A stretch of DNA of 64,000 nucleotides, taken from the NCBI GenBank assembly GCA_965153285.1, contig OZ229114.1. One strand, written 5' to 3'. Below, in pieces: positions 52,146 through 63,253 of the stretch (position 1 is its first letter; each line of letters starts with the position of its first letter). The translations under genes and the position numbers were made by a program. The notes below the pieces were generated by a model. The model did no database searches, was not told where the DNA came from, and was given only the letters and a program-made list of their open reading frames with translations. Source of the stretch: Podarcis tiliguerta. Lineage: Eukaryota.

Positions 52146-52564
52146 TGGGGATGGGGGAGAAATTTGGGTTGTTTCTCATGAAACTACTTAACTTGCTCTT
52201 TCCAACATAGTACGGAAACTGAAATGCAGCTATCTTTCAAAGTTCGCACTTCTCTCAATTTTGCAACAACTAAGGATGTCCAGAAATGCATACATTAGAG
52301 CAAAGTGCATATGAAAAGGTAATACATTTGATAAAGTAATATACAGAAATGCATTATTAGGGAATTAGCTTGAGGGAATGTGTATATCAGGGAAAAATTC
52401 ATACAAAAATATGTGTATAGGAGAAATGTGTGCTAAAATGCCAATGGATTCTCATGAGACTTTCTTTAAAAATTACAAACTGATGCAGAAATGTGGAGAA
52501 CTGAACTTCAGATTGGAAAATTGAGAAACTAAGAGAATCTGAAATTAACAGGTTCATCCATTCT
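52146..52564. mobile_element. Non-autonomous DNA transposon with AT-rich internal subrepeats
   Basis: Ends GGGATGGGGGAGA / TTCATCCATTCT; internal repeated AAATG(C/T)(A/G)TA..TTAGG..AAA units. Confidence 0.55.
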
Positions 52565-52599
52565 GAGCAGACAGTAGAAAAACTGGATAGAGCTTTATG

Positions 52600-53760
52600 C
52601 AGCACCTCATTGAAATGAATTGAATTTAAGTAATTCATTGGGGGAAAAATCTTATTCATGTCAGTTCCGAGGAGTGCCATTTTCTGCCATTAATAGGTTT
52701 TGTCAGAGGGACACCATTAAATGATCCTTTGGATCATAATGAAAAGTCTAGAATGCATAACATTGCTAACTCTTCCAACTTCATCCTTCATTGTTTGGAA
52801 GTGGGACAAAAGCAAATATAGTTAAAACATGTTAGAATCCTACGCAGTCATATATGCCACTAGAGATCATTCACGCTGGAGACTCTGGAAGCATATGTTA
52901 TTATTTTTCAGCATGCATGCTACACGGTAAGTGAATTGAACACTAGGAGGTTTTCATACTGTTTGGAATCTTTGCAATGTAATGAATCTATCTTATCCGT
53001 GGATGTCAACACACTCGCAGTAACTTGACTGACAAGAGTTGGCATCATGTTTATTACCATCAATAAAGTTTATTTCTCACCATTTAAATGACAGCTGTTG
53101 AGAACATGAAATTCCCTGGGACAGTCGGCTGTAAGCTCAGACTTTGTTTATCCAGATCTCTGAAATAATAGTCCAGGTGGAGGAGGCCAGTTGAAAAATA
53201 TTTCCAGAGACCAATTAAATTATAAAAAACCTTTGCAATAAAGTTCTGACTGTCTCACTGATGAGATTTGAGTCAGTTGCTCTCCCAGATTAATTTAGCA
53301 TTGTTGTCTAGAAAAGGAAGAAACACGGCAAAGGGTTTTGTACATCTGCCCAATCTGAACAGCCACGAGCTTTTCAGCCAGAAATGGGTGCTCTGTGCCA
53401 TGTTTGTAAGGACCGTAAGTTCTTGTTAAGAGTAAAAAGATTTGATTTAGAACTGATTGGAAAGGGTCTCCTCACCTTCCCAGCCCCCTTTTGAACTGCA
53501 CTTTCTACTCATGCAATGGGATTTTGCCATGGTGTTGTTTAAACCTCAGGAACCCCAAGTCCGCTATATTATTTCAAACTCCCATTGACTAACTCGAGCT
53601 TATGAGCAGGAAACCAACAGGAAAGAACCCTTCCCTCATTAAATTTGCAAATTAGCAAGTTGTGTTTGACAAAAGCTTTGAAGAGGAAGTTATGTTGAAT
53701 ATGAGGTTTCGCAAATCATGTTAATTACATGGAAATAATATCTGTACATTTCCTGTGGTG
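52600..53760. promoter_or_regulatory. Long candidate conserved non-coding block
   Basis: More than 1 kb without recognisable repeats; TGACAGCTGTTG at 53089, CAATAAA at 53061 and 53236, several TAAT/ATTA cores. Confidence 0.4.
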
Positions 53761-54649
53761 ATATCATTTGCTTATATTTCTAAAACAACTGTTTGCAGTG
53801 GCAATTCCCAGGCTACTAGCCCAGTTGCATTGGTTTATTTTGTGGCATTTTCACTATTAAAACAGTGCTCAGAGCTTTTGTATTCTGACTCAAATTCTTG
53901 TCTAACTAGTATTTTTCAGTACTATTTAGTATGTTGCCCTGGTTTTGATCCTAACCTTGGATATTCAAAAGTGGCTCTTGACACAACACTTTACTGCTTT
54001 TTTATCCTGCTTTGACCCCTAGGCAAGAGGCTATTCTTTGCTCATCAAGGCTCATTAAATCTTTGCCTTGAAGGATCATAGTTCTATGTCGACATTAAAA
54101 TCACTTTGTGTAGCACCTATCACAAATTAGCTCCCAGCACTGGGTAGTGTTGATTCACTTAACAGTTCTTGGCAGCAGCACATCCTCAAATCTTTACACA
54201 GTGTCTCAAATCATTCCTGTACTGTCTTTGGTAATCTACATGGTTAACAATGGGATGTGCAGGGGATTAACCTGCCAACATAATTCATGTCTGTCTATTG
54301 TGCTCACCTCTTTCCTATATTCATGTAAGACATGGACCCTAATCTTGTCATATTAAGCAGATTAACAGCTTCCACCCCAGCTGTTTGTTGAAAATAATAA
54401 GTGATTAATGGCTAGATCTTTAAAAGTGAGCAGGTGCTCATTGTCATTGAATTTAATGTTGGGGAGTCTCAGCTTCATTAGAAAGCATATGCAAGGGTGT
54501 ATGAGAGATACTAGCCACCTACTGAAACATGACCTGCACTCCCAATTCAAGTTTGGGTAAAGATCTAGGAGGGAAAAGATATAGGGAAACCCAGGATATA
54601 TATTACTTTTGGTTGACTGAAGTTTCTATACCACTAAAAGGGCGATTAA

Positions 54650-55320
54650 AAAACAGCAACCCAGGGCAGTTTACAAAAAAATAAAATAAAATAAGGTAGT
54701 ATCAAACAAAATACATAATAAATGAAAACATTAAAAGTATTCTCATAGATTACATAAGTATATGGATAGTGGTATCATAAAAATGACTTAACCCAGTAGC
54801 CATTAAGAGCTTGAGGATTAAAAATGATAGTTTTACCTGGCATTTAAAATAATATAAAGTTGCATTGAGATGAACTCAGGAGGGACATTCCACAGATGTG
54901 GAGCAATCATTGAAAAGGCCCTTCCATGGGCTCACACACGATGCCCCTCATTTAATGCAGCAACAACTAGGAAAGCCTCTTCTGGTGATCATGGAAAGGT
55001 TGATGTGGGAGAACGCATTTCCTCAGATCTTTGGGCCCTAGGCCATTCAATGCTTAACATATCAACATTAACACTTTGATCAGAAGATCACTGGCAAACA
55101 GTGCAGCTCTTTATGAACATGAATAATATGTGGCCACCAGCCACTGTTACCACCAGCACCCTGGCTGCCAAATTCTGCACTAGTTTCAACTTCCAGATTG
55201 TCTTCAACAAAACACATTATAATAGTCCATCTTAGTGGTTACCAGAGCATGGATAACTCTACTCAGGCTATTGCTGTCCCGTAAAGACAGTAGTTGATGT
55301 ACCAACTGAAGATGATCATA
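54650..55320 (-). mobile_element. Old degraded L2 LINE fragment
   Basis: Minus strand encodes HLQLVHQL..LSRVIHALVTTKMDYYN..KTIWKLKLVQNLAARVL..LNGLGPKDLR..AFSMIAPHLWN with frameshifts, the L2 ORF2 C-terminal pattern. Confidence 0.85.
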
Positions 55321-56180
55321 GACACTACTAGTCACTGAGGTCACCCAGGCCTCAGGTGAAAATGATGATCCCAGAAGCATCCCTGAATGTTGACTGTAGT
55401 GGGACTTTGTTCTTGCATTATTGAACTACTAGCTATTGGGGGAAGGCAGTATTGTAAGTAGAAGTTGTTCTCTTTGAGCAAATCAACAAGCAGGCTTATT
55501 GAAGTTGACTTCTCGTTTGAGAATCTGTTCAAAAATAGACCGGCTATTTGCTTCTATTTCAGAATTGGCAAGGAAAATAACCATGCCTCCCTACACTCAG
55601 TTTTTCATCTTCCTCCTGTCTGTAACGACAATATTGTTATGCTTGCACTTTAATCACTTCCAAGGTATCTGCAAGTGAGCTATGGTGCTGTATGAAATAT
55701 TCATGGCTCATCTTTTCTCCTACAAAAGGTTGAAAGCATCCAAAGTTGGAGTTCAGGCAACTTAGAGTATATGGAAGTAGTACATGAAGCTGTGCCTGAG
55801 GGGCTGCCTTTGACCTTTTCTTCAACGGAAATAAACAAGACACTTCTTCATTTCTTTAATTCTTTTAAAAATTGTATCTAGTTATCATCTTGTATTTATG
55901 GTCTGCATTTTATCCTGTTTATTCAGCCATTGATGTCTGTGGATCTAAGCTCAGTATTGAACAAAGAGTCTCAGAGTGAAACTTACATGCAAAATACATC
56001 CATCCTCCAAAAAATATTGCAGAAAGAGTGCGTGGCTTAGGGGCTGAATATACATCTTTTTTTATTGTGAGTCTGATATTCCAGATATTCCTTCACATCT
56101 TCAATGGTGGGACACCAGTTCTATACATAGTCAGTTTATGATGCCCCTATTTAGAAGGGAAGCATCACAAATGTTTGTTC

Positions 56181-56221
56181 TATATATATATATAGAGAGA
56201 GAGAGAGAGGGAGAGAGAGAG
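56181..56221. repeat. (TA)n(GA)n compound microsatellite
   Basis: Read directly; abuts the 5' end of a Sauria SINE. Confidence 0.95.
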
Positions 56222-56222
56222 C

Positions 56223-56610
56223 AGGATGCGGGTGGCGCTGTGGTCTAGACCACTGAGCCTCTTGGGCTTGCCAATCAGAAGGTTGGTAGTTCAAATCCAC
56301 ACTATGGGGTGAGCTCCTTTTGATTTGTCCCAGCTTTGTCTCCCTTTGCTAGGTTGGCAGTTCAAAAGCATACCAGTGCAAGTAGATAAATAGGTACAGC
56401 TGCAGTGGGAAGGTAAACAGCTTTTCTGTGCGATCTGGTTTCAGCCACACTGTTCCATTGTGCCAGAAGCAGTTTAGTCATGCTGGCCACATGACCCAGA
56501 AAGCTTTTTGTGGACAAACACTGGCTCGCTCAGCCTGAAGTGAGATGAGCGCCACACCCTATAGTCACCTTTGACTGGACTTAACCATCCAGGGGTCCTT
56601 TACCTTTTAC
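56223..56610 (+). mobile_element. Sauria SINE, full length
   Basis: GGATGCGGGTGGCGCTGTGGTCTA head, GTGCAAGTAGATAAATAGGTAC core, AGTCATGCTGGCCACATGACCC, GAGATGAGCGCC, tail CCTTTACCTTT. Confidence 0.93.
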
Positions 56611-57866
56611 TACACACACACACACACTGCATAAGCTTCACCATATTTATTTATGGGAAGAATTTATTTCTCATTGTTCTCCCTTCTTTTAAATAAGTGT
56701 AGCATATGGAGTATAGTGTGGACAAAATGGCAAAGCTGTCTATATTCTGTCTATGAAAAGAGATGGTAGTGGATGAAATGTGCAGATTTGGTGCACACAT
56801 GGATAATTTTTCACTTCTCATGTGCAAGGAGGTGCCATCTTGCTGCTATACCATGGGTGGTGCAACAGACCACCAGGAAAGTCAACAGGCATAAGGCTTG
56901 TGGCGGAGCCATTGATCAGATACACTACTAGCTGCCCAGAGAAGCCACAGAATCAGGATGTCCTCCTGCCGTATTATTGGGGCCAGTTCCAGAAATGTAA
57001 GTGTGAGAGGAACGAGGTAGCCTTCCTTAAAGCAAGTTCCATTGCCTAACCATCTATGTTTCCTCCTGCTTAAAAGGATTACATAAGTTGTACATTGCCT
57101 ACAGATTTCATTTTGTTAGTGATACTGCACAAGCTAGACAGAAGCTTCTTTGACTTTCAAATTCCAGGTGGATCTTTGTTCTCAACATGAAATGCTGCAT
57201 ATCCTGTCACCCAACCTTTGAGCCATCTTTCTTTCCTTTTTTTTGTTTTTAAAAAATAATGCAACACTTTTTTCTTCACCCCTTGATTTCCACTTGCCTC
57301 TGTCTCTTTCTCTCTACATCCCCAGAGACTCTCTGGAGACTATAACAAACTCAGACTTAAAAGTAAAGGGAGTTTTATATCATGTCCTTTGATAAAGGCA
57401 ATGATGTGACCAGGTGAGAGAAGCTTCCTTTTACTAGGTAAGTTGTAGCTGGCTCCTGAATTAGAGCCATTAACCTTGCCTTTTCTTGAGAGAAGAGACA
57501 GAGACCCAGACAGAGACAGAGAGACTCAGCAGCTAGGCCTTAAGCAGAGCTTAGGCACATTTAACTCCATATATTGTAAAGCTCCTGAGATGAGAAAAAA
57601 GTCAATGGAATATATGGATTTTACACTTCTAGATAACATTTGGTTCTCTGGCTTGTTTACCCTATTTTTCTTATGTAAATCTATCTTTAAAATCCACAAA
57701 AGTTACTAGCCTGCAAAATGTATTACTTGTGGGTTGGGGATGGCAGAGGATTGACAGAGAGTTCTGTCCCTCTTGCAGGATTTCTTTGCTGGGCACACAG
57801 CATCTTTCGTCCATCAGCTTGCTAATTGACCCGCATGCAATGCTGATCCCTTTTTACTTTGGTTAG

Positions 57867-58190
57867 TAAAGGTAAAGGTAAAGGGACCCATGACCGTTAG
57901 TTCCAGTTGCAGATGACTCTGGGGTTGCGGCGCTCATCTCGCTTTACTGGCCGAGGGAGCCGGTGTACAGCTTCTGGGTCATGTGGCCAGCATGACTAAG
58001 CTGCTTCTGGCGGACCAGCGCAGCGCACGGAAACACCGTTTACCTTCCCGCAGGAGTGATACCTATTTATCTACTTGCACTATGATGTGCTTTTGAACTG
58101 CTAGGTTGGCAGGAGCAGGGACCGAGCAACAGGAGCTCACCCCGTTGCGGGGATTTGAACTACCGACCTTCTGATCAGCAAGTCCTAGGC
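57867..58190 (-). mobile_element. Sauria SINE, 5' end truncated by about 35 nt
   Basis: (TAAAGG)n tail, GGCGCTCATCTC, GGGTCATGTGGCCAGCATGACT, TACCTATTTATCTACTTGCAC; many CpGs retained, so probably younger. Confidence 0.95.
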
Positions 58191-58247
58191 TGGTCAAAAG
58201 GATGGCAAAGGGTAGGCAAGAAGAGAGGAGACAGCCTTCCACCAGGG

Positions 58248-58377
58248 TAGGAGTGGGCAGCCTGTGGCTCTCCAGATGTTGGACTCCAGCTCCCATGAGC
58301 CCCAGCCACCATGGTCAGTCGTCGGATGATGGGAATTGTAAGACAACATCAGGAAGCCACCAGGCTGTCCACCCCTG
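58248..58377. mobile_element. Palindromic hAT-like MITE
   Basis: TIR TAGGAGTGGGCAGCCTG / CAGGCTGTCCACCCCTG with the family core. Confidence 0.82.
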
Positions 58378-61300
58378 CAGCATGAACATGGCAGAGAGGA
58401 TACTGCTTTCTTGGATTTGCAAATACTCCTAACTGTGGACATGCTCTCAGCATTTCTGGCACTGCATAGTGCTACCTCTCTCATTAATCTCTGCCACTGT
58501 GATTGATTTTGTGTGTGTGCCTGCTCTGTCGTGGAGTTCCCGCCTCACCCTGACCTTCTTGTTCTTGTGCCATGACTGCTGCAAAGATGACATTTTGCAG
58601 AATCTCTGCGAGAAAGGTCATTGGAAAGAGCCAGTTTTTCGCATGACAATACGGGATCACTCGGCATAAACACATGCTGTGCCCTGCATGTGAAATCTCT
58701 TCTCTGCATTTCTGGGAACAAAGAAAGGGTATAAACGCTGGGAGCAGAAGGAAAGGATGTGAGAGGATAATAGGTAATCAGGTGGGGGGTGTATCATGAG
58801 TAGGGAGAATTGAGCATGGGAATGTAAAATAAATAAATAAAAATTGTGGGGGGAATTGATGTTGCACTCCTATGCAGTCACCTGCACACAACTTCCTGGA
58901 GTTTATGGAAGTATTTGTAAGTGCATCAGATTTTATTGATGCAGTACACAATGCAAAACACACACCGAGGTGCTGGTCCTAATTCTGCCCATAGCAGTTC
59001 ATATCCCAGAAGAAAGGATCTGCCAAGTACACCATATGCGTGACAAGGTACTTGCTTTGCACATGTGGACAAAACCCTAAGAAATAGTGAAATGAAAGTC
59101 TGTGGGACATCTCCAGTGGAGGCTGGTTCAGTAGGGCAGGTGGGGCACTGTCCAACCACTTCAGCCTGCCTTCACACTTAACCAGACCAGAGAATGGCAC
59201 TGCCTGTGAGCTTCCTTCTCCTTAGTTTCACTGTTGACTTGCAAAACTCAACAGGGAGGAGGATTGTTTGGCTGTGCCTGCCATTGGCTCTGGCTCCATC
59301 TACTGTTGCACTCCTTGCCTTCTGCCTTGCCAGTCTCGGTGGGCATCAGTCGCCACTGGACTACTCCTGAAGTATGTAACCTAAAGATCATGCCTTTATT
59401 GCTTTTGATAGGTGCAACAGAAAGGTGGATGCTTTAGGATTAGAATAATAGCAACCCTAAACGTAATCATTAGGAAGCGATTTCCTAATTACTGGGGCTT
59501 GCTGCCAAGTAAGTCCATGTAGGATCTGTGTAAATGAAAATTGGCATGGATCAGCTTCTGTGGCCCAGATAATAGTAGCTGTTTTTTTTTGTCCAATGTG
59601 AAACAAGTTACTCTGGATTTGTAACACAGTTACTGTAACTGAGAGAAGAATTTGTCTTACCATCATTCACCATTTCCCAGAAAGATTTCTTTTCCCTTGC
59701 TTGCTTTGGTTTCTGGTATTTTCCACCGTCTCCAGGCTAGTCTGGCTCTTTTATAAATGTGAAGGAACAGGATATATTGGTTTCTTGCATGACCCTTGGA
59801 TAGTGGCCATTCCTCTTGGATCAACAGCTCTGCTGTTTTGTTGTTATTGAATTTGATCACTCAGACAGGGATCATTAATCCTCCAACAAGATTACTAGCT
59901 TCCAATCTATACGGCTGCACACTCTGCATGCTGTAAGTCATGTTCAAAAGCGAATTGTTGACTGTTAGTAAATTTAATAGCAAACAAGAAAAAGAGACAT
60001 CAGCTTTCCTTTTTGTGTGTTGTTACCTGCAGGATCTGTAGTCTTTTTTGTCAGGCAGGGGCCTAGTCAGTCATGATCAAGGACTACAGAAAACTGAATC
60101 CAGGATGTTGGGTAAAACGATTGCTTCACTGAGCCCCTCCTTGTACTATGTCTCAATGAAACATCTTTTTTTATTGCTCTGGTTTTTCCCAATCAGTAAC
60201 CGAAAGAATGGAGCATAAATTGTTTTGGTACAGAAACTAAGGAGAAATATAGTGTTAAGGACTCTCCCATCCCCTGTGTCCCAAAAGGAATACTACAGAG
60301 TTTAATTCCCTTTGGGTAAAATAACACTAGGAGCTTACGGTGCCTTTGTAATATTTGCTTCATTGTGGCAATCAGCAGATAGCACAGCCACTAGTGCTGT
60401 ATTCAGTCCCCTAAGAATAAAATACCGTACATTGCACCCTGTTTTCAGATAACTGCATCTAGAAATTCCCAGCTCTGTTGCTTGGATTCAGGTTCCGAAT
60501 CTTTCTAACTGCTTCTCTGCAATCTCCATATAACTCTGTAGGGTATTGCATTCTAGGAGCTGGATTCCAGGCCATCAAAAAAATAAAACATTTCCCGGTC
60601 ATTAAGATCAGTAAGATTTTAATGTCATTAATGCCCCTGGCCAATGGTCAATATGGCAAAACTTACAATACATTCTTTGTTATCAGTAAGCTGTAAATAA
60701 TTTCCTTGTCTTCAGGTATTTTTTACTTTCCCCAAGCCCTATAGAGACCAGCCTTGGGGCCTGTTCAGGAAGTCTAAGCTAAGATGTGCCTTTGGGGTCT
60801 CTTCTATTCATTGTAGCTGAATATTAGGAAGGGCTTGGTTCTGCTTGCTGTATTGGGTTTTCCTGTCCCTGCTAAACTTGTGGAAAGTGAGAGGTTGATC
60901 TTGAAGATTAACAAGGGAATGGGAGAAGAGGGAAGAATGAAGGTAACTGAAGCAGCAATTGAGGCAGTGTTCCTCAACAATGTGAATGAATCTGTTATCA
61001 TGTCCCTGAGAGCAGCCGTTATTTTATTTGTTCTTGGCCACTGGTTTGGGTAGATTACTGGCTATAGACATGCCAATATTACACAGTGTTTCATATAGCC
61101 AAAGACAAAGTGATATATTAAATGCTCGACTCGCCACATGCCCAGCACAAACAACAGCAGCAGTGATTGACTGAGAGAGCAGACTGTGTCAAAAGCTCCT
61201 GAAATAAGCCAATGCCCCTTCTTTGTCAAAGGATCTGCTGATGGTTAATTTATAAAGCAAAATGATGAGCTGCAGGGGGAAAGGGTATTGCAATAATGGA

Positions 61301-61732
61301 TCATCTTGAGGCACTTTTAGTGTCAATCTTCCCCTCTGGAAGTTGTTATGCTGCAAGTGACACCTAGCCACACTGGTGTTGTGTTTTTTTTTTTAAATAA
61401 TCTTCATAGTTCCTGTATATAGGAAAAATAAATTCGCTATCTAGCTACCACAGCCATCTCCAACCCACTGATTCCCCAAGGGAGAATAAGGTTTGGTAAA
61501 AGAAACTGAACCAGTGCTTGGAATTGTCAGTGCATCAAAGCATTGCACAGACATCTACTAGGTCTGTTGAGTTAAGATGGGCCACAATTATTGCATACAA
61601 TGGATGGTACTGCAAGCAAGAAGTGCTGTTATCACCAAGATTCTGGTACGTACTAGACAGAACATAATGTGGGCCAGAATGATAATGAACATGCAGGCTT
61701 CTCACAGAATGGTTTGTCCTCAGGCATACTAG

Positions 61733-61932
61733 AATAGGAACATAGGAAGGTGCCTTATATCAAGTTAGCTGAATGGTTGGTCTACCTTAGCATCGTCTTT
61801 ACTGATTGGCTGTGGTTCTCAAGGGCCTTGGACAGGGTTGTCTCCTAACCCCACCTGAAGGTCCTAAGATTTAAACATGGAACCTTTTGCATGCAGGTAA
61901 TATGCTTTATTACTGAGCCATAAACCTTTCCC
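61733..61932 (-). mobile_element. tRNA(Ala-like) SINE with CR1-type tail, degraded
   Basis: ATAGGAACATAGGAAGGTGCCTTATA tail; GGAACCTTTTGCATGCAG..ACTGAGCCA head. Confidence 0.7.
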
Positions 61933-62689
61933 ATATGCCATATGGGACTCAATTGTGCATTGTTTGCTGATCGCTGCTCTTGCACATTTTAAAGAGACAA
62001 ACAGTAAAGACATGTGCCAGTTTCTTGCAAGCACCTTCACAACAGGTGTAGCTCTCATTTATTTTGTACTTGTCTGAATATAACTTAAGACCTGAGAAGC
62101 CACCCCCTTCCTTTGCTTGCACTGGGGACAGCAAGATCTACATCTGCAGAATATCATGTATGTATATGCCACCCATCCGCCATGAACAGTACAGTCCTAT
62201 GCATTTAGAAACCAGCACCATGTTTACTGTTGCATCTGAAAGAGGCTAGGGATGGCAATGGGATGGCTTGAGAGAAGCACTTCAAAAAGCTGGATGCTGA
62301 TTTCTGGTAATATATACGGTAATCATACTATCGTGCAGGGGAGTTGTGAGGGTAGGGTGGCCACTTGTGCACCCCCAGAAAAAGAAGAAGACACATATTT
62401 GCATAAAATAACATCAGCTAATTTATACATATACATGCAAATTCTATACATATACATTTATACATACATACATATACATACACCCTCCCCCCGCCCCCGT
62501 TCCTGCTCCTGCCTTGGCTTCTTGTCTTCCTTATCAGCTCAAGACGTCCAGGTGCCACTGGAGAGAAAGACAGAGGGAGGGGGAAATGGAGGAACCCGCC
62601 GCCAATGGTGAAGTGGGAGCGCTCCCCAAAGAGGAGAGCAAACTTGGGCCGCTCGTGAGGGGAGGTTTATCTCTCTCCCCTCAAATGCA

Positions 62690-63019
62690 ATACCTGAAGG
62701 AGCATCTCCACCCCCATCGTTCAGCCTGGACACTGGTTCCAGCGCCGAGGGCCTTCTGGTGGTTCCCTCATTGCGAGAAGTGAGGTTACAGGGAACGAGA
62801 CAGAGGGCCTTCTCAGTAGTGGCGCCCACCCTGTGGAACGCCCTCCCTTCAGAAGTGAAGGAAATAAGCAGCTATCTTCTCTTTAATAGACATCTAAAGG
62901 CAGCCCTGTTTAGGGAAGTTTTTAATATTTAATGCTGTATTGTTTTTAACACTTGATTGGAAGCCGCCCAGAGTGGCTGGGGAAACTTAGCCAGATGGGC
63001 AGGGTATAAATAATAATAA

Positions 63020-63069
<50 letters not shown>
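62690..63069 (+). mobile_element. 5'-truncated L2 LINE with (TTA)n tail
   Basis: Encodes YLKEHLHPHRSAWTL/SSAEGLLVVPSLREVRLQGTRQRAFSVVAPTLWNALPSEVKEI..RHLKAALFREVF; terminal GGAAGCCGCCCAGAG..GATGGGCAGGGTATAAAT. Confidence 0.95.
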
Positions 63070-63070
<1 letters not shown>

Positions 63071-63149
63071 CTCGCCTTGCCCAGCTCACTTGTGGCCCCA
63101 CTTCTCAGCTTCTTTCCCGCTGCCCTCTACCTCATGGGCTGCTGTGGTT

Positions 63150-63253
63150 TGACCTCAGCAATTTTTGTAAGGTCACAAATTTAAGCCGCGCTTTAACTTT
63201 TCACGGTCGGAATTTGGAAAAAAAGTGTGGCTTCTATTCGGGCCAATAAGGTA
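63150..63253. mobile_element. Tc1/pogo-like DNA transposon terminus
   Basis: AAAAGTGTGGCTTCTATTCGGGCCAATAAGG followed by TA resembles a reversed CCGTATTGGCCCGAATATAAGCCGC-type TIR; subterminal TAAGCCGC; other end not found. Confidence 0.55.
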
